64,000 nucleotides of DNA from the NCBI GenBank assembly GCA_019358935.1, contig JAHHIK010000016.1:1-64000 (forward strand), read 5' to 3'. Source of the stretch: Tolypothrix carrinoi HA7290-LM1 (GTDB lineage: Bacteria > Cyanobacteriota > Cyanobacteriia > Cyanobacteriales > Nostocaceae). Position numbers and translations under genes: made by a program. How positions within the stretch are numbered: position 1 is the stretch's first letter; each line of letters opens with the position of its first letter. This document shows positions 1 to 8,133 of the stretch, in pieces. The notes under the pieces were generated by a model. It had not been told where the DNA came from. It searched no databases and saw nothing but the letters and a program-made list of their open reading frames with translations.

Positions 1-119
1 TGAATACTGGTAACAACGGCATCGGCACGTTGGCGCTACGCACCAACGCCACTTTGTTGTACGCGATCGCATGAATTGAGTGATCACAAGCCGTATCAAT
101 CGATAACCCGCAACTTGGG

Positions 120-1007
120 TTAATATGTTTTGCCGTCAATTTCTAAAGTTTCCACTTCAGCAGCGGTAGACACCAAGCCGAAAATTGTCGCCGCTGCTTC
201 GGAATAACCGAAGGAGTGAAACAAACCTTTGACTCGTTTATAAGAAATGGAGGGGAAAAAGTCCTTTAAATCAAAGTTGATAATTACATCAGCGCCGACA
301 TGGGGTGTAGCATTGGTGACGATAGAGCGATCGCGTCTAAAGCCATGTGCAGCGTCATGAAGTTCCAGCTTTTCCAAAATATTCGCCAAAATCCAGTGCT
401 GTGCCTGTTTTAAATTCGGCATCGGTGCGGAAATTATTCTTTCTCCCCCCGTCTTTTTCGGCATTCTGAAGCGGATGTAGTGCGAAACTGTGGAGGTTTT
501 GCGGTCAAATGCCAGAAAGCGGAGTTTTCCTACAGTAATTCCCATCGCAGCGGCAATTTGTTCGGCGTTGTTGCATAACGGTAAACCTAGGGAGTGCAAC
601 CTTTCCTCATTGCCTTGAGTGTTATTTAACCCAGCAGATACATCCTCCCCAAGATAGATAATATCTTGCTGCTGTTTCTGCTTCCAAACTTCCGCACGCG
701 ATCGCCGTTCTTGTTCGCGGCGTTCTTTTGTTTCTTGACGCTTGCGTTTGGATTCTTCTAAACGTTGCTTTAATAAGCGCTTTCGTAATTCCTTTTCATC
801 CTGTAATTTTCGACTTTCTTGCCGCAGTTCGTTGAGTTCGCGGCGAATTTCTCCAGCGCGGCGAATTTCATCTGCTGGATCTTGCGGCATTTCGCCTTGT
901 GCAGACCAGAAACCATAACGTATCATTTCTTCAAGGATAAATTCCTCTGTGCCAACTTGTCGAATGCGATCGTATAGTTCTTGGCGGGTACGTGGCTGGT
1001 CAGACAT
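120..1007 (-). pseudogene. Retron-type reverse transcriptase, truncated or interrupted after RT motif 3
   Basis: N-terminal coiled-coil extension followed by RMPKKTGGERIISAP, AAHGF, NATPH and DLKDFFPSI motifs. Stops at DGKTY*. No LPQG or YADD in any minus-strand frame of 1-120. Confidence 0.85.
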
Positions 1008-1092
1008 ATATATGATGTTGTAGAGACCCTAAATATGACGTTTCTACCTTAACCTTGGTGTTTTCGAGTTGCCTAGTGTATCTTCTACTAAA

Positions 1093-1201
1093 TCTCACGC
1101 AAAGACGCAAAGACGCAAAGAAGTTGTTCTTGGCGCTTTCATCGCCTCAAACTCCTCCACCCCCGCACGGCGCTGGCTTGTCTTTGCGTCTTTGCGTGAG
1201 A
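1093..1201. repeat. Perfect 22-bp inverted repeat of the CGCAAAGA-type cyanobacterial dispersed repeat
   Basis: tctcacgcaaagacgcaaagac (1093-1114) / gtctttgcgtctttgcgtgaga (1180-1201). Related units at 7929-8127, 41338-41372, 59982-60009 and 62118-62148. Confidence 0.85.
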
Positions 1202-1205
1202 CAAA

Positions 1206-1450
1206 AAATCACGCGCAACACAAGTGCGAATTATCCCTTCGTAAACCTCTCAGGACTAGACTGCTCTACTCAGCGGAGCCACCAAGCACCCCATAGTCAT
1301 TAGTTTCACGGAAACTAAACCGTAGTACGGGGGGTGGCTCCGCAAAGTAGAGAGCAGGCTAGTGATGCATGGTTAGACTAAGCGCAAGGACGACGAACCA
1401 TCGTCCGGTTTGCAAGGTTGTTTCGCGTAGCTTACAGATGCGCGTGAGTT
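1206..1450 (-). ncRNA. Retron msr-msd-like ncRNA, copy A (RT-proximal)
   Basis: Terminal IR tcacgcgca (1209-1217) / tgcgcgtga (1439-1447). Short msr-like hairpin ggacga..tcgtcc. Long msd-like hairpin 1256-1362 with stem gcggagccacc/ggtggctccgc. Lies upstream of the RT, with a paralog at 6005-6273. Confidence 0.8.
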
Positions 1451-1516
1451 GTATCCAGTTTATTCGCAGTTTGCCGATTTTGGGAAGATGTGGGGATAAA
1501 CTACGAGTTTGACAAA

Positions 1517-2326
1517 CTAAGATTGCAGGTATTTTAGCAAGGTTTCGGCGTAAAGTTTAGGATCGCGCAGATACATCAGGGGACTGCCGTGTAGAACTTT
1601 GGTGGTAGAATGCGGAACAAGTCGGGCAGTGTCCTCAATAAAAGGTGTAAACATGGTGTCTTGTATTGCCCACATTAGTAAAGTGGGAACACAGATAAGT
1701 GGTAAACGGCTTGCTTCATCGTACCTCAAGACTGCTTCTATCCCCTCGTAGGTGCGCTTTTGCCGAGACATCACTTCTTGAAAATAGATTTCAAAACATT
1801 CAGGGGGTTCATCAATACATAGTGATTTTATTCGTTGCCAATTAATGCTGTAGTGGCTGCCATCTTCTTTTACTTCTGGTGGTCCATAAAAGAATGGTAA
1901 TTGACGTAAATCTTGACGTGCTGCTTCGTCTTTCCAACGAGGCATTCCAAAAAGTACCAGTTTTTTAATTCTAGTTGAACAAATAACCGCCGCTTCGCAA
2001 GCAATTGCAGCTCCGGTGCTGTTGCCTACTAAGTAAAAATCTTCAACTTTCAGTGTGTCCAGTACCTCAAATAAATCTGTAGCATACTGTGGAATAGTCC
2101 ACTGAGTAGGTGGATTTTCTGACTCGCCTTGACCGGGAGTATCTAAGACAATTACCCGAAAATGAGGAGCTAATAGCGGCATAACTCTGATAAAACTACG
2201 AGAAGAAAAGTAAGTTTTATGGGTGAGTATTAGTGCTGGACCATTGCCTGCTGTCCGGTAATGCACTTGACCCCACGACCGATCCACAAAGCCTCTTTTA
2301 ATTTTGATTGCCTGTTGTTGAATCAT
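1517..2326 (-). CDS. Alpha/beta fold hydrolase
   Basis: LDTPGQGES and GNSTG nucleophile elbow, 269 aa. Confidence 0.9.
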   Translation of the reverse strand: MIQQQAIKIKRGFVDRSWGQVHYRTAGNGPALILTHKTYFSSRSFIRVMPLLAPHFRVIVLDTPGQGESENPPTQWTIPQYATDLFEVLDTLKVEDFYLVGNSTGAAIACEAAVICSTRIKKLVLFGMPRWKDEAARQDLRQLPFFYGPPEVKEDGSHYSINWQRIKSLCIDEPPECFEIYFQEVMSRQKRTYEGIEAVLRYDEASRLPLICVPTLLMWAIQDTMFTPFIEDTARLVPHSTTKVLHGSPLMYLRDPKLYAETLLKYLQS

Positions 2327-2774
2327 TTTCTATTGTGTACACAGCAGCCCTAAAATAATTATCCCGTGCAACAGACGTATTTTTGGATTTGGTGTTGTCA
2401 GCTGCGATCGCTAGGAGCGAGGGAAAAAATTTTACTGCCTTATTTTTCACACACTTATATAATTTTTATCCAGCAAAGATTAGAGAAGTTACTATCCCAT
2501 AACGGGCGGTGTGCAGTCGGCTGTTATCTCTAGTCTCAGCCATCTTATATTTACCTCCTAAATCTCTGGAATTCAAGCTTATACTTCTGTAGGTTTGTGT
2601 AGATACTATTTCTATAAAATCTGTTACTGACTATGCGTATCAGTATTCCAGATAACCTGAAGAAAAGGTTTCACGTAGCCTGTGCTATCCGTGGACTGAA
2701 AATGAGTCAAGTCATAACTGAGCTAATAGAACAATGGTTAACCAAGTTTTTTTATTTAGTGAGCCAAAATCCTA

Positions 2775-3734
2775 ATGAAGAAAATTTTGATTTTGTCAGC
2801 AAATCCTATTAATACAGGGAGACTGCGCTTGGATAAAGAAATGCGGGAAATTCAATTGGCATTAGAAAGGTCTAGAAGCTGTGAGGAGTTTGAACTAATC
2901 TCCAGAGGGGCAGTTCGTATTGATGACTTGCGTCGTGCATTACTGGATAACGAACCACAAGTTGTACATTTTTCCGGTCACGGGACTGGAACTAATGGCA
3001 TAGTGTTGGAGGATAGTTCTAGTGATGCCCAACTGGTTAGTACGGAATCATTAAGTAATCTATTTGATCTATTCAAAGCCAAAGTCGAGTGTGTTTTGCT
3101 CAATGCCTGTTACTCAGAAATACAAGCTGAAATAATCCATCGCTATATTGATTGTGTGATTGGTATGGAACACGCCGTCAGTCATATTGCTGCTATTAAT
3201 TTCTCTACAGCATTTTATGACGCTCTTGGTGCTGGAAGAAGTTATGCAGAAAGTTTTGAATTCGGTCGTAATAATATTGACCTGCATGGTATACCAGAGT
3301 CTTTTACCCCTAAAATCAAAGTTAGAAATAACTCTAAAACCTTATTCTCTAAGAAGGAACCAAAATCTAATATGACTGGGAACCGCAATATTCACATTGT
3401 TAGTGGCAATTACAACGAGCGTATTGAGGGTGATTATATTCAAGGGAATAACTACGAGAATGGCAGGCATCAAGACCTTGCTGACGCTGCTGCTGAAATT
3501 CAAAAGCTTCTAGAACAGTTAGACAAATCCTATCCTACTGATACAACTTTGGGCAAGATGCAAGTAGCAGCCGAAACTATTAAGGCTATTGAAAACAATC
3601 CTAAGAGGGCGCAACGGGTAACTAGTGCTTTAAAGGCTGGTAGTATTCAGGCTTTAGCGCAACTACTTAATCATCCTGCGGCTAGTTTTGTCATTGATGC
3701 ATTAGAAGATTGGCAGAAAACTAAGAGTAGTTAA
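2775..3734 (+). CDS. CHAT (caspase-like) domain protein with N/G-rich linker motif and C-terminal helical domain
   Basis: KKILILSANP start, HFSGHG (His) and LNACYS (Cys) catalytic dyad motifs. Confidence 0.9.
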   Translation: MKKILILSANPINTGRLRLDKEMREIQLALERSRSCEEFELISRGAVRIDDLRRALLDNEPQVVHFSGHGTGTNGIVLEDSSSDAQLVSTESLSNLFDLFKAKVECVLLNACYSEIQAEIIHRYIDCVIGMEHAVSHIAAINFSTAFYDALGAGRSYAESFEFGRNNIDLHGIPESFTPKIKVRNNSKTLFSKKEPKSNMTGNRNIHIVSGNYNERIEGDYIQGNNYENGRHQDLADAAAEIQKLLEQLDKSYPTDTTLGKMQVAAETIKAIENNPKRAQRVTSALKAGSIQALAQLLNHPAASFVIDALEDWQKTKSS

Positions 3735-3796
3735 ATCTTTTTTATAAGCAGGTATTAACTTTCTTTGATATCGAATATACTTACTCAAATTTAATC

Positions 3797-5809
3797 ATGA
3801 CAGAAAATCAGAAGCCAGAGAATCGCAATACCCACATCAATCAAGGCAATAACTTTGAGTCAGTTGGCAGAGATGTTGTTACTAATTATCATTTTCTAAA
3901 TAACCTACTTAACCGACGACATATTCACTTTATTCAGTTTTTAATTGTAGGTGTAGGTTTGGCTTTTATTTACTTAGGATTCGCAAAGTTATTAATAAAT
4001 GGTCATTTGAATAGTAAAGTTATAATCTCACTCGGTTCAGGTTGTTTAATACTTGCGCTTTTTTGTAGTTACTATGCTTTATTCTGGAACCCAAATAAAT
4101 TAAGTGTTAAAGTCTGGGTCTGGAGACGTTTGGCTGCTGTAGGTATAGTTGGAATTCCCTTTTTAACGGTCGTGGGAGTTGCTTTTTGGATGATCGATCC
4201 GACTAATACAATTGTCACTCTCGCTAAATATACTGTAAATGGAGAATACCCTAATCAACATTTAGAACAAAATGCATCAAATAGCGAGAGATTAAAACAA
4301 GATATTTATTTTTTAAGTAACAATAATCTTCATTTTTTAAAAAAAGAACAATTTGTAGAAAAACCAGATGTTCAAATTAAACAAATAGAAGAAGCCTTTA
4401 AAGATTCGCAAAGGGAACAAGCTAGGAACGAAGCTAAAAATTGGAGAGCAACTGTTGCAATCTGGGGAGATTACTCCACTTATTATAAAAACAAAGATGA
4501 GATATTCATCACTTCTAATATTGACTTATTGAAAGAACAATTACTTCTTTTTCTGCCAAATTATAAAAATAATAAAAAGGGTGAAATTGAAATACCTGAT
4601 ATTAAAGATGCAATCAGACCGTCTGAGCTAAATATAACAGTAACTCAAAATAAAAATGAGCCAGAAGATTTTTCCAAAATGCAAGCATACTATATCAATT
4701 TCATTGCTGGGCTAGCTGAGTACAAGTCTGGGTTAGCTCATTGCGTTCATAAAAAAGATAAAATACCTGAAGAAGCTAAAAAAAGCTTGGGTAAATCTCA
4801 ACAATACCTAAAAAAAGCAAACCGATACCTAGAAGAAGCAAATAAATGGCTAAACAAGATAGAAAATGAGTCTTCATTGAGTAACTTTCCAGACAAGCAA
4901 CAGCTTGTTGATTTTCTTAAGGGTGTCACTGAGTTTTCTAATGGCAATGCCAGTTTATATAATGAATATTGTTCCAAACAACCTAATTCCTATGATTTAG
5001 CAATCAACAGCTTTACCGAAGCAATTAAACATGTTCATAAGCAACTTGTTACCTTGGATGACAGGCAGAATTCTTATGTTCCTGAGTATCCTTACAAGCT
5101 TATTCCTGCCAGTTATAGGCAGAATTCTTATGTTCCTGAGTATCCTTACAAGCTTATTCCTGCCAGTTCTGACCCAGAAGAAATACTTGATTTAGATTTT
5201 AATGATAGTGATGACAACCAAAAAACTTGTGGTCACAAAAGGGATAAAAATATTAGGGTCAGTGATAACAACCGTTCTGACTCTAAAATTTTATTATCAA
5301 GAATTCACCATAATCGAGGAATTGCTTATCAGATGAAAGGAAATATTGAAAAGGCTTTAGAAGATTATGAGCAGGCAATTAAATACGATCCCAGAACATA
5401 TGCATTTTGTATGAGTATAAAAACTGCTTATGCTAATCTGAATAATTACAAATCTGCTATTAATGGCAGTCGCCTAAGTGTCAATGTTCCAAATGTTGAA
5501 GATAGTCTTGCCTATTACAATAAGGGTAATATTTATTTAAGGCAACGTGAATATAAGCAGGCTGTTGGAGAATATCTACAAGCAATTAGATTAGATTTAA
5601 ATTTTTATGAGGCTTACAACAATTTAAAAATAGCTGTCTCTGAGGCTTCTCAAAAATTATACTCCAGTTTTACACAAGCAGCGGGTAAAAGTTTTGAAAA
5701 GATGCTTGAAGACTTGCCTAATCTGTTGCCTAGATTGTTTAAGGGGTTAATTGAGGAAGTAATACCATCCCTTGTAAAGGCGCTAGCCATATATAGTAAT
5801 TTAAAATGA
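3797..5809 (+). CDS. Membrane-anchored tetratricopeptide repeat protein
   Basis: About 3 N-terminal hydrophobic helices and C-terminal TPRs (HHNRGIAY..ALEDYEQAIKYDP, AYYNKGNIY..EYLQAIRLD). AT-rich gene. Confidence 0.8.
   Translation: MTENQKPENRNTHINQGNNFESVGRDVVTNYHFLNNLLNRRHIHFIQFLIVGVGLAFIYLGFAKLLINGHLNSKVIISLGSGCLILALFCSYYALFWNPNKLSVKVWVWRRLAAVGIVGIPFLTVVGVAFWMIDPTNTIVTLAKYTVNGEYPNQHLEQNASNSERLKQDIYFLSNNNLHFLKKEQFVEKPDVQIKQIEEAFKDSQREQARNEAKNWRATVAIWGDYSTYYKNKDEIFITSNIDLLKEQLLLFLPNYKNNKKGEIEIPDIKDAIRPSELNITVTQNKNEPEDFSKMQAYYINFIAGLAEYKSGLAHCVHKKDKIPEEAKKSLGKSQQYLKKANRYLEEANKWLNKIENESSLSNFPDKQQLVDFLKGVTEFSNGNASLYNEYCSKQPNSYDLAINSFTEAIKHVHKQLVTLDDRQNSYVPEYPYKLIPASYRQNSYVPEYPYKLIPASSDPEEILDLDFNDSDDNQKTCGHKRDKNIRVSDNNRSDSKILLSRIHHNRGIAYQMKGNIEKALEDYEQAIKYDPRTYAFCMSIKTAYANLNNYKSAINGSRLSVNVPNVEDSLAYYNKGNIYLRQREYKQAVGEYLQAIRLDLNFYEAYNNLKIAVSEASQKLYSSFTQAAGKSFEKMLEDLPNLLPRLFKGLIEEVIPSLVKALAIYSNLK
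5063..5168 (+). repeat. In-frame 54-bp tandem duplication inside the TPR gene
   Basis: Identical 52-nt blocks starting at 5063 and 5117, encoding RQNSYVPEYPYKLIPAS twice. Confidence 0.95.
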
Positions 5810-6004
5810 AGCTACATAGAAAAGAGCTTCTAAAATGAAGTTATAGGCGTTACTAGCAAAGCTGTCACTCTCTACTATGTAATGACTAAGCAGGGTAGTT
5901 TCATACAAGTAGAGAAAAATTTTTCTCAAGCTGGTTTGATAAAATACGTTATGTGTAGGCGCGAATTTTATTCGCCAGCCTAATTAGTGCAAGATAAATA
6001 TAAA

Positions 6005-6273
6005 AAATCACGCGCTATTTTTTGTTGGTTTCCCTTCGTAAATCCCTCTGGACTAGACTACTCAACTCAAGCTAGGCTCGGTACTACCGGACTCATTCAC
6101 TTCGTAGAAGTCAAACCGGAATGTCCGGTAGTACCGAATGCCTAGCACAGTCAAGAGTAGGCTAGTGATGTATGATTAGGCTAAACGCAAGGACGGCGAT
6201 GCCTGCGGCAACTGCTGACGCAGAACGCACCGCCCAAATTGCAAGGTTTCAACTCAACAAATGCGCGTGATTT
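6005..6273 (-). ncRNA. Retron msr-msd-like ncRNA, copy B (begins at the SWIM gene stop codon)
   Basis: Perfect 11-bp terminal IR aaatcacgcgc (6005-6015) / gcgcgtgattt (6263-6273). Long hairpin 6053-6165 with perfect 15-bp stem tcggtactaccggac/gtccggtagtaccga. Scaffold motifs shared with copy A. Confidence 0.8.
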
Positions 6274-7909
6274 ATCTACACTGACGAGCGTGTTGCATTC
6301 GCAGTGCCAGAATGTGTTCGCAAGGACCTTTATACAGCTTGTTTTGCTGATGCCAGTTGCAAGTACATTCTGCGTCGATTATACGCTCATCTCTATCAAT
6401 CGTCAAAGATAAATTTAAAGTTTTATCTTTGTCGTTAACGCTACCTTGCAAAATCAACGCGCCATTGTCACTTACTGAAGTCACGCGCACTGCATTTTGA
6501 CTCAAAAACCGAGTTGCGCTTTCTTCTCGTGCGTTGGCGAAGCGCAAACGCTCGATTGGTAGCGGTTCGCGGCTGAGTTCTCGCACGCGATAAACTTGTT
6601 TATTTAAGTCGTAAATTGCACGTCCGGCTTGCGTGTAAGCACTTAAAGCACCCAACACCGCCGTGCGACTTAAATTTAAGCGTTCTGCAAGGCGATCGGG
6701 ACTTTCTAACCAATTTTCCCGCAGCGCGTCAAAAATCAGCTTTTGCGTCCATTCGTCAACGTCAGCGCGGGGTGCCATTAAATCAAAATTACCAGATTGC
6801 GCCCAATCGTTTGCCGTCCATCCAGATAAACCGAGGGTAAAGGACATATCGCCCAAATCAGCGACGTAGAATGAAGGCATACCCGTACCCAACAGATGAA
6901 CGGTGAACTTTTTGGCAACCGGGATGAGACGTTCTAAAATGTTCAGCCGGCGACGTCCCCAAACGCGAATTGTTTGGGGTTGAATTCCGGTGTAAGGCGA
7001 TCGCGCACAAACTACTTCAATATTCCACGGTTCAAATACCACCCGCACGGGTTCACCTGGGTTCAGATGATAGCGCATACTGCGCGGTCCGGTTGTCTCT
7101 TTATGGCGACGCAAGACAAAACAGATATTGTGGATATCCATCGGGTGTAAATCGAACTGCGTCGCGGGTAAAGACATCGCCGAACTAACTTGTAAAAAGC
7201 CTCTTACCCAACTATCAGGTAAATCGATTTTGACTTCTTTATAAGCTTCTTCGTTTGTAGTTTGAACTTCAAACCCAGAAGGATCAACTTGTAATTGAGT
7301 ACTCTTATAACTGCGGATTTTCTGAAACTCATCGTACAGCGCTGCCGAGTAATCAACATTCGTTGTACCGCAAGCGAATTCATTAATATTTTTAAAGACT
7401 TCGTAACTTGCACTCAAGCGTCCATAACTCGATTCATCTACGCTAAAGCACTCAAAAAATACTTCATCCGGATGAACTGTGATTACTGGATCGAAGACAA
7501 AATAAAAGTCTAATTGCTTTTGCCAAACATAACGCCTAAATTTGTCTCTAGCTTTATAATAAGGAGCAAAGCGTTCATAACTGCGCTTGCTTAACTGATT
7601 TAATTCTTCTTGTAGTGGTTTAATTTTGGCAGCGACATCTTGACGCATAGCTGCAACTAATTGCCAATCAATTTCATCTTGCTTCGCACGCCATTCTTTG
7701 TAAGCAGTTTTGTCTTTTGGTTGAAAACGCATATCAGAGACAACCACATCATGTAAAGCGCTAATCGCTTCACGAAAAGCGACATTTTGCCGCAATTCTC
7801 CGACAAAGTAAGTCGGTGGACGTTTCGTATCTGGAGAAAATGACATTTGAGTGTTTCCACCGCTTTCGCTAACAGCGGTACTTTGTTTATAAGCGTAGTT
7901 AAATTCCAT
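6272..7909 (-). CDS. SWIM zinc-finger protein (retron-associated)
   Basis: C-terminal CTC-x-GPCEHILA SWIM motif and DPVITVHPD/WVRGFLQV conserved blocks. Lies between the WGR gene and the RT. Confidence 0.88.
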   Translation of the reverse strand: MEFNYAYKQSTAVSESGGNTQMSFSPDTKRPPTYFVGELRQNVAFREAISALHDVVVSDMRFQPKDKTAYKEWRAKQDEIDWQLVAAMRQDVAAKIKPLQEELNQLSKRSYERFAPYYKARDKFRRYVWQKQLDFYFVFDPVITVHPDEVFFECFSVDESSYGRLSASYEVFKNINEFACGTTNVDYSAALYDEFQKIRSYKSTQLQVDPSGFEVQTTNEEAYKEVKIDLPDSWVRGFLQVSSAMSLPATQFDLHPMDIHNICFVLRRHKETTGPRSMRYHLNPGEPVRVVFEPWNIEVVCARSPYTGIQPQTIRVWGRRRLNILERLIPVAKKFTVHLLGTGMPSFYVADLGDMSFTLGLSGWTANDWAQSGNFDLMAPRADVDEWTQKLIFDALRENWLESPDRLAERLNLSRTAVLGALSAYTQAGRAIYDLNKQVYRVRELSREPLPIERLRFANAREESATRFLSQNAVRVTSVSDNGALILQGSVNDKDKTLNLSLTIDRDERIIDAECTCNWHQQNKLYKGPCEHILALRMQHARQCR

Positions 7910-7928
7910 AATTTTCCTTATATTTTTA

Positions 7929-8127
7929 AACGAACCGCAAAGACGCGAAGAACGCGAAGATAAAACGTAGAAAGAGAGGATAAAGAAAATCGCGAATTAA
8001 TAGAACTAATCTGGATATTCAAGTAGAAACTTTGATTGTTTATAATCAAAACAAAAAAATATTTGTCAACGTCTACCTCTTTTCTTTTTTCTCTTGCTTC
8101 GCGTTCTTCGCGCCTTTGCGGTTCGTT
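7929..8127. repeat. 31-bp near-perfect inverted repeat flanking the WGR-SWIM intergenic region
   Basis: aacgaaccgcaaagacgcgaagaacgcgaag / cttcgcgttcttcgcgcctttgcggttcgtt (1 mismatch). Confidence 0.85.
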
Positions 8128-8133
8128 ATTTTA

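Noticed and set aside
1055..1303. Short plus-strand ORFs (82 and 75 aa) upstream of the RT
   Set aside because: They read through the inverted repeat and ncRNA-A and have no protein-like features.
1..1450. Group II intron
   Set aside because: The RT has a retron-like N-terminus and WGR/SWIM context. No GUGCG 5' end or long intron leader was recognised.
120..5809. RT plus repeated sequences as a diversity-generating retroelement
   Set aside because: No TR/VR pair differing only at adenines. The 54-bp duplication is identical and tandem, and the ncRNA copies are intergenic with IR-closed retron-like folds.
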